From positions 18,538,001-18,602,000 of the forward strand of contig NC_043023.1 of the NCBI RefSeq assembly GCF_006345805.1: 64,000 bases of DNA, given 5' to 3'. How positions within the stretch are numbered: position 1 is the first letter of the stretch; each line of letters begins with the position of its first letter. Made by a program: the position numbers and the translations under genes. The stretch is from Octopus sinensis (Eukaryota). Below are positions 1 to 11,149 of the stretch, piece after piece. Under the pieces are notes generated by a model. It did not search any database. It was not told the origin of the DNA and worked only from the letters and a program-made list of their open reading frames with translations.

Positions 1-461
1 TGTATATATAAAAGTATACATATATATACACATATAGAGAAATAAAAAGGTATGATGTGTGAATAAACAATATTGTATAAAGAAAAGAAAAAGATAAGCA
101 ATTATAAGATATAAAATAATATACATAAAGTAAAAATATACATATATATATAAATATACATATATATATATATATAAATATACATATATATAAAAATATA
201 CATACATATATATATATATATATATACATATAAAAGTTATATGCACATTAACAGATATTTTGTTGGATGGCCGTTGACTGTTCAGGAGTTCATTATACAT
301 ACATACATACATTTATATATAATCATCATACATACATACCTACATACATGCATACATACATACAGGCATACATACATACATAAATATATATACACACACA
401 TATATATGCATGTATGTACGTAATGTATGTATGTATGTAAGTATGTATGTATGTATGTATG

Positions 462-495
<34 letters not shown>

Positions 496-1593
496 TGTTT
501 GTTTGTATGCATGCACAAAATGCTTCTCTTGATGTATCATATTCACATATATGCAACAGGCACTCGTAGTCCATCACGCAAGTTCACAAACAAATACGTG
601 CTGCAACTGGGTGTGTGTGAAATTATACGAAATGACAAGTTGAAAGAGCGGGAAAGAGAAGATGCGATGAATATATCAAGAAGACTGGTCTAACTTACAA
701 ATATCTTAAATTGGGAAGATTTTGGAAGGTTCCTGGTTTGATTTCGTTTATATGATTGGAATACGTTGTCCTGTAACATAAATTTCAGTTGATTAGAAAT
801 TGTGTAGAACAATATCGGTGATAAAATGTCACGCATTGTGGATAAAGAACTGGATGATGGAGAAAGGGTAACTAGATTATAATGACGTTGAAGATCATGA
901 TGATGGGTATGATGGTGGCGATGTTAGTGGTAAATATTATATGAAGGAGGAGGAGGGGGAGGGGGAAGAGGGGAGGAGAAGGAAGAATGTGGTGATGGTG
1001 TTGATGACGATGATGTTATGATGCTAATGATGGGATTAATTAACTTGGTTGTAATTATTTGTGAGGGTGTTGTCGATTATGGTTCAGGATACTGATGATG
1101 ATGATGTTGATGGTGATGGTGTTATGATGATGAAGCAAACGATGATGAACTATACGATATTGATGATTAAAATACAGATGGCAAAGACCCTGGGGTCATT
1201 CATGATGACAAGAACGGGGACGATTAGGGTTAGGGTGAGGGTTAGGTCATGGCGTCGATGGTGGTGACATAAATAGTGCAAGTATTAGTTGAGAAGAAAA
1301 GAATAAAAATAGTTGAAAGAGTAAGAAGGAGAAAAAGGAAAAGAAGTTGAAGAAGAATGAAGAGAAAAGAAAGAACAGAAGAAGAAGAAGAAGAAGAAGA
1401 GAAGACGAAGAAGGAGAACACATGTTAATACCGTTACATACAAGAATCTATGCACAATATGAGTGTGTGTGTGTGTGTGTGTGTGTGTGTCGAAATAGAC
1501 ACACTCTTACATAGATCTCTATATATGTATACACATGTATACATTTCCGTGTGTGGGCTCGCATGGGGGGGGGGCAGAAGTATGTAGAATTGG
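1..1593. repeat. Segmental duplicate of 15304-17203 (carries LRR exon E6/E2)
   Basis: Colinear; the intron next to the exon is ~97% identical (4 differences in 130 nt at 771-900 vs 16020-16148). The 15.3-kb copy has a larger (GAA)n tract. Confidence 0.9.
699..770 (-). CDS. LRR exon E6 (72 bp, phase 2/2), paralogue of E2
   Basis: tatgttacag|...|gtaagt; (L)TTYSNHINEIKPGTFQNLPNLRY(L). One consensus Leu is replaced by Thr. Confidence 0.82.
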
Positions 1594-1595
1594 GG

Positions 1596-3190
1596 TGCTC
1601 AATTGTAAATGAGATTAAGATAAAGAAACATTGATTAAAGAACAAACATCAAATGTGAGTCAACCATTTTATATATAACACCATACCTCAATCATTTAGT
1701 CATATGTAAATATTACCATGGTCCTTAAACATATAAAATATACATTTACATAAAAACAGAGAAGGTAAAAATATATATGCGAATAAAATAAAAAATATAT
1801 AGAACAGCCTATCAAAAAGGTAAATATAAAAGACTAAAAATTCCTAAGAATTATAAAGCGTGTCATGCTACAAAAACAACTAATAAACTAAGATAAAACA
1901 AAATATCAAACGACTAAAAATATTTTTAAATGTTCTTTTTTACTCCCTTCACAAAACGTACGTCCAAAAAGTTCAATTCTTAAAACCATGGTTTGTTACA
2001 GTCCATGAGCAAAGAGATTTCCACAAGGTCAATTCAAACAAACCTATGGCCATTTCGATTTTATTAAAGTGCATAACGGCAATGTCCCCCTCTTCAGGAT
2101 GAACAGGAACCAGGAAACACGCACAGAGCAAAACTAAAAAGTTCATACAACGCCACATGGCTAATTTTAAGATAAACCCGTCATTGCAACAAAATTTTCT
2201 AACACATAAAGAAACACCGAATTATTTTATTGCTAAACATGCAGGTGGCTGTTGTTAAGAGAAATTTATACTCGCTGGTTTCAAAACCCTATAAAATTTA
2301 CCCTTATTTACTACATCTACTTTCATTTCTAAACTCTTTCGGAAAAGTAGACGAAAACTTATGGGTGTAAAAAGGGATCACCTCAATAAATTTATTTAAG
2401 CCCAAAAGACTTAAGGATGGCAAGGGATTCCCTTACACATAACTTTCACTTATTGAAATTAACTCTGAAATAAGGAGCCCTCGAAATAACAGACCATTCA
2501 AGAGAATATCTTTTAGTTATTCCTCTTTAAACTGTGTATATAAGAATCAAGTGTAGTAGAATAACAGTATTCTTCGTTGGAAAACGAATTCATGTGAGCC
2601 CTATACATAGTCTTAAGATTTACAGCACTGCCTATATAAAACTTATCCAAATTAACATCCTCTTTAACAAAGCATTTATATATTGTTTAATAGAGAGGCA
2701 AAGCCAATCAAGGAGACATAATACAGTGTTTCTACAATTATACGATTTACCAAAGCCATTCCTAACTTTATTACTACAACTGACATTATTTGTCTGGCTT
2801 CCCACCTTCTTTCCTTCAGATATCCCATTACTGGGATTCGATAAGACCGGTGGGAGCAAATGGTTTGTAGCACTAAACTTAGGCATATAAGAGAATACCT
2901 GGCCAGAACCAGGGTTTTCCAGCAGAAGAATACTTCCTCAGCCCTTTCCCAATTAACTTGCTTCTATTAAGAGACGCAATAATGGAGGTCATACTTGGCG
3001 TTACTGAGTAAGAGAATTTGATGGAAGACTTATTGCAAATGCTGCAGTATTTATGATTGTTTGGGAAATTCTTCTTCAGAATCTTAAACAACAATTTGGT
3101 CAAGGTTCTTTCTCTAAGAGAAAAAGGCAGGGGCGAACCATATTGTATCCTGTATGCTAGAACGTGAGTTCTTGCTTTTATTGTCTCCTC
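1596..3190 (-). mobile_element. Penelope-like element 3' portion (RT C-terminus + GIY-YIG endonuclease + pLTR), copy 1, decayed
   Basis: Minus-strand frames give IWFAPAF..TKLLFKILKKNFPNNHKYCSICNKSSIKFSYS (RT thumb), YNCRNTVLCLLDWLCL, and IYKCFV...FYIGSAVNLKTMYRAHMNSF (GIY-YIG), with stops and frameshifts. Confidence 0.85.
2040..2101 (-). ncRNA. Hammerhead-like motif in Penelope pLTR (also 6153-6214 and 9053-9114)
   Basis: CATC-CTGAAGA-G(G/A)...TC-GAAA-TGGCCA-TA^GGT: intact core and palindromic stem III ATGGCCAT, but weak stems I and II. Confidence 0.5.
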
Positions 3191-3546
3191 TCTTCTAGTA
3201 TTTCGCTTCCTCTATCTATTCCTAACATCTTTACATATGTCACACCCTACAATCTCGATGGACTGGATCCACCCACTACCAGAACACATGATAACGACCC
3301 ATATATATATATATACATGCGTGCATAAAATGGTTCGTCTGATGTGTCACACTCACATATATAAAAACAGATACTCTTATTCCCTCAGAGATGACATTCA
3401 AAAGCAATCATACGTTCTTATTAGGGGAGAGAGAGAATATTGGGAGTGAACAAATGAGAGAGTAGGAAAGTAAGGATATGAAGATATTAAATATTTAGAA
3501 AGATATTGTCAATGAAATGCTAGCAACAAGTCTGATCTTTACTTAC

Positions 3547-3618
3547 AATGTTCTTAAACTGGGGAGATTTTGGAAGGATCCGGCTTTGAGTTCTTTTATA
3601 TCATTGTTATTCAAATAT
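3547..3618 (-). CDS. LRR exon E5 (72 bp, phase 2/2), paralogue of E3
   Basis: cttacag|...|gtaagt; (L)YLNNNDIKELKAGSFQNLPSLRT(L). Confidence 0.88.
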
Positions 3619-4188
3619 CTGTAAGATTAAATTAATTTGAAAAGAAATATCATGGATTAGGTATCTGATAAAATGACACATATTATGACAAAATAATAAG
3701 ATGAGGGACAAAGAAAGTAGGTAATGATGAGGATGAATTTCATGATGATGGAGATAATGGAGTCGGTAGTAGTGATAAATATGAGGCGGAGGAATGTACT
3801 GGTAGTGGTGATGAAGATACTGTCATGCGGTTGAAGGTGGGAATAATAATATTGGTGATGATGAAGACAATAATAAGGTAGACAATGTTGATGCTTCAGT
3901 ACAGAAGATGATGACGAAGATCTTGATGACGGTGGTGGCGACTAAAACGCGACAGCATAATGATGATGGATGGTGAGCATGGAGGTGATGATTTAGTAGA
4001 AGTATTAGATGAATAGGAAAACTTGTGACATACAAGAATAAATTGTATTTCCTCTCACACCGTCTCCGATGAAGGGATATTATTACTTAATATCCCAGAA
4101 ACAGCTGTAAGACCTTCTATCTATAAATGCTCTAATATCTATAGAGCCTTGGTTTTTATCTCATTACGAAAAAAATTCTTATATAAGT

Positions 4189-4660
4189 ACGGGAAGGATG
4201 ACTTTGCAATACTGACAGACACAGAAAGTCTGTCTATGAGCGGAGGAGTGTGTCCTGGGGCTAAAACTACGTACCATCCACCCTTAGGGTTAGCCATATT
4301 GAAATGGCAAAAATACGTCACGTTGTGTTACCGCACTGTATATAACTCACATTGATATTTATCATTGTTTGATTTCACTTTTCAATATCAGCGACAGTGG
4401 ACCTGGAAAAGTATAAGTATTTGTGAAGGAAATCGAATTCTCGGCGAAACTATGATGTCACACGCTGACGAGAGGTCAATACCTCGAACTCGAGTCCGGT
4501 GTATATAAGTTAAGACGGGAAGGATCTTCCCTTTGCAAATACTGACAGGACACAGAAAGTGTGTCTATGGCCATGGAGAGTGTGTCCTCCTGGGCTAAAA
4601 ACTACAGTAGCATCCACCCTTAGGGTTAGCCATATTGAAATGGCAAAAATACGTCACGTT

Positions 4661-4662
<2 letters not shown>
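4189..4662 (+). mobile_element. Retrozyme-like / pLTR partial-tandem insertion (~322-bp monomer, ~1.5 copies)
   Basis: Absent from the paralogous site at ~8295-8305. Internal direct repeat 4189-4324 vs 4514-4660 with the hammerhead between the copies. Confidence 0.65.
4460..4502 (+). ncRNA. Minimal type I hammerhead ribozyme motif, slightly degenerate
   Basis: ACACG-CTGACGA-GAGGT(CAAT)ACCTC-GAA-CTCGA-GTC^CGGTGT: perfect 5-bp stem II, palindromic stem III (A)CTCGAGT, GUC triplet. One A of GAAA and one stem I base are missing. Confidence 0.7.
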
Positions 4663-4734
<72 letters not shown>

Positions 4735-4983
4735 GTGTGTGTATGTTTGTAGACAACAAATATGTGTATTAGTATAACGCTCGGGAAGTGAAAAATCTTT
4801 AACTTTTCGAGCCAACGCCTCCACAGGAAAGATCACAGAAAGAAACAAGGATAGATAAAAAGGAGTGAAAATAAAGAAAATAGAAAGAAAAAATAAAGTG
4901 AAAAAATGAAAAGAGAATATATATATATATATATATATATACAAATATATATATACATATATATATAAATATACATATATATA

Positions 4984-5053
<70 letters not shown>

Positions 5054-5345
5054 TTATACATATCTATACATATATATACACACATATATACATGTATATA
5101 AGTGTGGGTGAGCAAAGTGATTACCCACATGCATCACACACCCGTATATACCAAATGTATACCAACACACTCTCATATTCCCTCTCAGACACATTCAAAG
5201 CTATTCACAAACAATCTCTTACTGCGGGAGAGTGAAAATATAGGGAGAGATTAGTTGAGAGAGCAATACAAGGATGATGTGAAAAATTAAATACTTCGGA
5301 ATATATCATCAATGAAATGTTATCACTGAGAGTGTTCAAACTTAC

Positions 5346-5417
5346 AAATCTACTAAGTTGGGAAGTTTCTGGAAGGCTTCTACATGGATTTCACTAATAT
5401 TATTTTCATGTAAATAC
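5346..5417 (-). CDS. LRR exon E4 (72 bp, phase 2/2)
   Basis: tattacag|...|gtaagt; (L)YLHENNISEIHVEAFQKLPNLVD(L). Confidence 0.88.
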
Positions 5418-5705
5418 CTGTAATATAAAATTCAGCTGAGGAAAAATTGTATGCAATACATGTGGTTAAAATTCATTAGGTGATGGTAAAAATGGATGCA
5501 GATTAAAACGATGATGATAGCGGCGTTATTAGTGATTAATGAGAGGAAGAGGGGGAGAAGGAATATGGAGAACGAGTTAGCGATGATGACGTTGGTATTA
5601 TTATAGGCATCGTGGTGGGAGAGTGAAGCCGATTCTTCTTATAATGATGTTCATATTTGTCTTTTTTTATGGAAATTTAAGGATTTATAGGACTGCAAAA
5701 AGAAG

Positions 5706-7300
5706 TGCTCAATTGTAAATGAGATTAAATTAAAGAAACATTGATCATAGAACAAACATCAAATGTGAGTCAACGATTTTATATATAACACCATACCTCG
5801 ATCATTTAGTCATATGTAAATATTACCATGGTCCTTAAACATATAAAATATACATTTACATAAAAAAAGAGAAGGCAAAAATATATATGCGAATAAAATA
5901 AAATATATTTATAGAACAGCCTATCAAAAAGGTAAATATAAAAAACTAAAAATTCCTAAGAATTATAAAGCGTGTCATGCTACCAAAAAAAACTAATAAA
6001 CTAAGATAAAACAAAATATCAAATAACTAAAAATATTTTTTAAAGTTCTATTTTACTCCCTTCATAAAACGTACGTCCAAAAAGTTCAATTCTTAAAACC
6101 ATGGTAGGTTACAGTCCATGAGCAAAGAGATTTCCACAAGGTCAATTCAAACAAACCTATGGCCATTTCGATTATATTAAAGTGTATAACGGCAATGTCC
6201 CCCTCTTCAGGATGAACAGGAACCAGGAAACACGCACAGAGCAAAACTAAAACGTTCATTCATCGCCACATGGCTAATTGTAAGATAAACCCGTCATTAC
6301 AGCAACATTTTCTAACACATAAAGAAACACCGAATTATTTTAATTGCTAAACATGCAGGTGGCTGTTGTTAATAGAAATTTATACTCGCTGGTTTCAAAA
6401 CCCTATAAAATTAACTCTTACTTACTACATCTACTTTTATTTCTAAACTCTTTCGGAAAAGTAGACGAAAACTTATGGGTGTAAAAAGGGATCACCTCAG
6501 TAAATTTATTTAAGCCCAAAAGACTTAAGGATGGCAAGGGATTCCCTTACACATAACTTTCACTTATTTATATTAACTCTGAAATAAGGAGCCCTCGAAA
6601 TAACAGACCATTCAAGAGAATATCTTTTAGTTATTCCTCTTTAAACCGTGTATATAAGAATCAAGTGTAGTAGAATAACAGTATTTTTCGTTGGGAAACG
6701 AATTCATGTGAGCCCTATACATAGTCTTAAAATTTACAGCACTGCCTATATTAAACTTATCCAAATTACCATCCTCTTTAACAAAGCATTTATATATTGC
6801 ATTAGTAGAGAGGCAAAGCCAATCAAGGAGACATAATACAGTGTTTCTACAATTATACGATTTACCAAAGCCATTCCTAACTTTATTACTACAACTAACA
6901 TTATTTGTCTGGCTTCCCACGTTCTTTCCTTCAGATATCCCATTACTGGGGTTCGATAAGACCGGTGGGAGCAAATGGTTTGTAGCACTAAACTTAGGCA
7001 TATAAGAGCCTACCTGGCCAGTACCAGGGTTTTCCAGCAGAAGAATACTTCCTCAGCCCTTGCCCAATAAACTTGCTTCTATTAAGAGACGAAATAATAG
7101 AGGCCATAGTTGGCGTTACTGAGTAAGAGAATTTGATGGAAGACTTATTGCAAATGCTGCAGTATTTATGATTGTTTGGGAAATTCTTCTTCAGAATCTT
7201 AAACAACAATTTGGTCAAGTTTCTTTCTCTAAGAGAAAAAGGCAGGGGCGAACCATATTGTATCCCGTATGCTAGAACGTGAGTTCTTGCTTTATTGTCT
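5706..7300 (-). mobile_element. Penelope-like element 3' portion, copy 2
   Basis: Near-identical to 1596-3190; ORF 6627-7001 contains AIYKCFVKEDGNLDKFNIGSAVNFKTMYRAHMNSF. Confidence 0.85.
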
Positions 7301-7659
7301 CCTCTCTTCTAGTATTTCGCTTCCTCTATCTATTCCTAACATCTTTACATATGTCACACCTACAATCTCGATGGACTGGATCCACCCTCTACCAGAACAC
7401 ATGATAACGACCCATATATATATATATACATGCGTGCATAAAATGGTTCGTCTGATGTGTCACACTCACATATATAAAAACAGATACTCTTATTCCCTCA
7501 GAGATGACATTCAAAAGCAATCATACGTTCTTATTAGGGGAGAGAGAGAATATTGGGAGTGAACAAATGAGAGAGTGGGAAAGTAAGGATGTGAAGATAT
7601 TAAATATTAAGAAAGATATTGTCAATGAAATGCTAGAAACAAGTCTGATCTTTACTTAC

Positions 7660-7731
7660 AATCCTCCTAAACTGGGGAGATTTTGAAAGGATCCGGCTTT
7701 GAGTTCTTTTATATCATTGTTATTCAAATAT
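7660..7731 (-). CDS. LRR exon E3 (72 bp, phase 2/2)
   Basis: ctaacag|...|gtaagt; (L)YLNNNDIKELKAGSFQNLPSLGG(L). Confidence 0.88.
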
Positions 7732-8318
7732 CTGTTAGATTAAATTTATTTGAAAAGAAATATCATGGATTAGGTATCTGATAAAATGACACATATTATG
7801 ACAAAATAATAAGATGAGGGACAAAGAAAGTAGGTAATGATGAGAATGAATTTCATGATGATGGAGATAATGGAGTCGTTAGTAGTGATAAATATGAGTT
7901 GGGGGAACGTACTGGTAGTGGTGATGAAGATACTGTCATGCGGTCGAAGGTGGGAATAATAATATTGGTGATGATGAAGACAATAATAAGGTAGACAATG
8001 TTGATGCTTGAGAACAGAAGATGATGACGAAGATCTTGATGACGGTGGTGGCGAAAAGAAAGCGACAGGATAATGATGATGGATGGTGAGCATGGTGGTG
8101 ATGATTTAGTAGAAGTATTAGATGAATAGGAAAACTTGTGACATACAAGAATAAATTGTATTTCCTCTCACACCGTCTCCGATGAAGGGATATTATTACT
8201 TAATATCCCAGAAACAGGTGTAAGACCTTCTATCTATAAATGGTCTAATATCTATACAGACTTTGTTTTTATCTCATTACGAAAAAAATTCTTATATATA
8301 AGTATATGTATATATATA

Positions 8319-8356
<38 letters not shown>

Positions 8357-8611
8357 TATATATATTATATATATATATATATTATATATATATATATTAT
8401 ATATATATATTTGTGTGTGTGTGTGTGTGTATGTATGTTTGTAGACAACAAACAGGTGTATTGCTATCACGCTCGGGAAGTGAAAAATCTTTAACGTTTC
8501 GAGCCAACGCTCCTCCACAGGAAGGAACACAGAAAGAAACAAGGAAAGATAAGAAGGAGTGAAAATAAAGAAAATAAATAGAGAAAATAGAGTGAAAAAA
8601 TAAAAAAAAGG

Positions 8612-9278
8612 GCTCAATTGTAAATGAGATTAAGATAAAGAAACGTTGATCATAGAACAAACATCAAATGTGAGTCAACGATTTTATATATAACACCATA
8701 CCTCAATCATTTAGTCATATGTAAATATTACCATTGTCCTTAAACATATAAAATATACATTTACATGAAAACAGAGAAGGTAAAAATATATATGCGAATA
8801 AAAAAATTATATATATAGAACAGCCGATCAAAAAAGTAAATATAAAAACAAAATTCCTAAGAATTATAAAGCGTGTCATGCTACCAATAAAACTAATAAA
8901 CTAAGATAAAACAACATATCAAACGACTAAAAATATTTTTAAATGTTCTTTTTTACTCCCTTCACAAAACGTACGTCCAAAAAGTTCAATTCTTAAAACC
9001 ATGGTTTGTTACAGTCCATGAGCAAAGAGATTTCCACAAGGTCAATTCAAACAAACCTATGGCCATTTCGATTATATTAAAGTGCATAACGGCAATGTCC
9101 CTCTCTTCAGGATGAACAGGAACCAGGAAACATGCACAGAGCAAAACTAAAAAGTTCATACAACGCCACATGGCTAATTTTAAGATAAACCCGTCATTGC
9201 AGCAAAATTTTCTAACACATAAAGAAACACCGAATTATTTTATTGCTAAACATGCAGGTGGCTGTTGTTAATAGAAAT
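8612..9278 (-). mobile_element. Penelope-like pLTR only, copy 3
   Basis: Direct repeat of 5706-6379 and 1596-~2266; shares the same left terminus (gctcaattgtaaatgag) and is truncated at 9278. Confidence 0.75.
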
Positions 9279-9304
9279 AATTACATCACTTTGTTAATGT
9301 GATT

Positions 9305-9957
9305 AAATGTGTTACTGATCAAACCAACGAAATAGTCTGCTTCTTACTGTCAAATTTAAAAACTATATTTGTTCGTAGTTGTTTTTTAGGTTTCTAAACA
9401 AACTTCTATGTGCTTTCGATCCAAATGGTTTTGCTAAACGGTGTCAAGTTTTACTATTCTGTAATTTAAAATAATGGTATTTATTAAGTTTAAAGCTGAT
9501 AGCGATCGCCGTGCAACGACTAAGGACAATAGTCTAATAATTGGGTAAATTAAACCTCGACAGAAAAAAGTAAGCTTTCCCATCCTCGTGGGACTCGAAC
9601 TCACATCCTTTTGTTAACGCGTCGAAGTGTAACCGTCTATACCAGCGAAATGGCCTGCTTCTTTATTATTATTTAAAGAAAAGTAAAACTCAACACCGTC
9701 TAATAAACTCATTTGCACCGAAAGCGCATAGAAGTTTGTTTAAAAAAAAACACTATGAGCTAATATAGTTCTTAAATTTGACAGTAAGAAGCAGCCTAGC
9801 TCGCTGGTATAATCGGTAACACACGTAGGGATTGAGGGATGTGGTTTCGGGTCCCACGCGGATGGGAAAACCTACTTCTTTTTCTGTCGAGAGTTTATAT
9901 ACTCCATTATTACACTATTTTCCTTAATCATTGCACGTTGGTCGCTTTAAGCTTATA
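9305..9957. repeat. Inverted/tandem cluster of tRNA-like (pol III A/B box) units
   Basis: 9490-9665 is an inverted copy of 9790-9955; 9335-9480 is an inverted copy of 9668-9795. Heads show TGGTATAGACGG (A-box-like) and a T-arm GTGAG-TTCGAGT-CCCAC. The cloverleaf is imperfect. Confidence 0.55.
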
Positions 9958-10027
9958 AATTACTATATATATATATACATACATATATATATATATATCA
10001 AAAATAAGCAACAAGAATGATTCCAGT

Positions 10028-10119
10028 AATTTGGTACAATTGTTTCATACTACAACATTTTATTAAAAGCTGTAAATATTACAGCAGATTTAAGATGCTG
10101 AGTACTCTTCAGCCAATTT
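10028..10119 (-). ncRNA. Type I hammerhead ribozyme, apparently intact (Penelope pLTR type)
   Basis: Minus strand: AAATTGG-CTGAAGA-GTACTCAGCAT...ATGTTGTAGTAT-GAAA-CAATTG-TA^CCAAATT. Full core, stem I AATTGG/CCAAATT, extended stem II, palindromic stem III ACAATTGT, GUA cleavage triplet (cut between 10035 and 10034). Confidence 0.8.
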
Positions 10120-10270
10120 ATATAGGTTTTCCAATAATATAACAGCTTTCAAATCAAGTCGTAACATTTTAGGGAAGGTAAATATACAGATAAAGATGTG
10201 AATATGAATCTTAATAACATATGAGGGTATGTAGTTCAGATGCTAACTGACCAAAGCTCTGCTTGCAACT

Positions 10271-11128
10271 GACTGCTATAAGAAATTTTTAGTTTTAGGA
10301 ATGAGGGTAAGGGAAGGTTTTAGAATACCATAAAAGGAATTCAAGTTGGCTGTACTTCTAACAGTAGCTTTCTTTATCTCGGATGTTCGGTGGATTTTAA
10401 AAAACGTTTTAACAACCATTTTTCCTTTTTTAGACTAAAACATAAGGCAGGTTGCACTACACTATCTATCAAAATTTGGGGACTAAAAACAAATAATATA
10501 GGATACAACCTAAAATGGGATATAGTTAGAAGGACAAAACCTTATAGTAGGGTAGGCTGTGAACTTTGTTCTATGGAAACCTATGAAATTTTAAAGTATC
10601 GAAGTAATAAAAATCTGTTGAATAATCGTCTCGAGTTGAGATAATCTTGCATACATTCCACAACTCGAACTTTTAAATACTTTAAATAATTATTTGAGTA
10701 TTCCTATATTTTTCAAACTTTAACTTTTTAATATAATAATAATATGAAATATACTATACTAACCTTTATCTTAACTTTCATAGATGACTAGAAAAACTTC
10801 ACTGTAATCTTGAAATTGGAACTTTCCCTAAATCTAATCTAGTTTTAAAATTTAAAGCTATTCCCCAGTTATAAAATACGATATCTACTAAAAATAAGTG
10901 ATAGTTTTGTTTCCCTTACCCTTTGTAAAAGAATTTAATGATCTCTCGACACTGACCTAGTTTACTTCTCACCACATAGAAAAATTGGCTTTTTGTTTAG
11001 TGACAACCTGAATTCCTTTATGGAATTCTGAATTCCTCCTCTTTCTACAACCAACTTGAATTCCTTTTAAGGTATTCTAAAACATTCCCTTACCCTCATT
11101 CCTAAAACTAAAATTTCTTATAGCAGTC
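10271..11128 (+). mobile_element. Penelope-like fragment (GIY-YIG C-terminal half) with ~83-bp inverted termini
   Basis: ORF 10390-10644 DFKKRFNNHFSFFRLKHKAGCTTLSIKIWGLK..LKWDIVRRTKPY..CELCSMETYEIL..LLNNRLEL; 10271-10354 is the reverse complement of 11046-11128. Confidence 0.8.
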
Positions 11129-11149
11129 TGACGTTGGATTTGCAAGCTT

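Larger units (their letters stand above)
1596..4912. repeat. Duplicate of 5706-8611 (Penelope 3' end + LRR exon E5/E3)
   Basis: Colinear over ~2.9 kb apart from the 4189-4662 insertion and microsatellite length. Confidence 0.9.

Noticed and set aside
241-693. YI/HT/CV-rich ORFs here and at many (TA)n, (CA)n, (AAT)n and (TAG)n tracts
   Set aside because: Translations of microsatellites.
1973-2158. 61-aa ORF with a signal-peptide-like start, repeated at 8986-9171
   Set aside because: Lies inside the Penelope pLTR, overlaps the hammerhead-like motif, and is not retained as an ATG ORF of that length in copy 2.
4617-4630. CCCTTAGGGTTAG telomere-like motif (also ~4281)
   Set aside because: Only one to two units inside the retrozyme-like monomer; not an interstitial telomere array.
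10780-10830. TAGATGA...TGAAA downstream of the GIY-YIG ORF (similar at ~2280-2320 on the minus strand)
   Set aside because: Core and stems are too degraded to support a ribozyme call.
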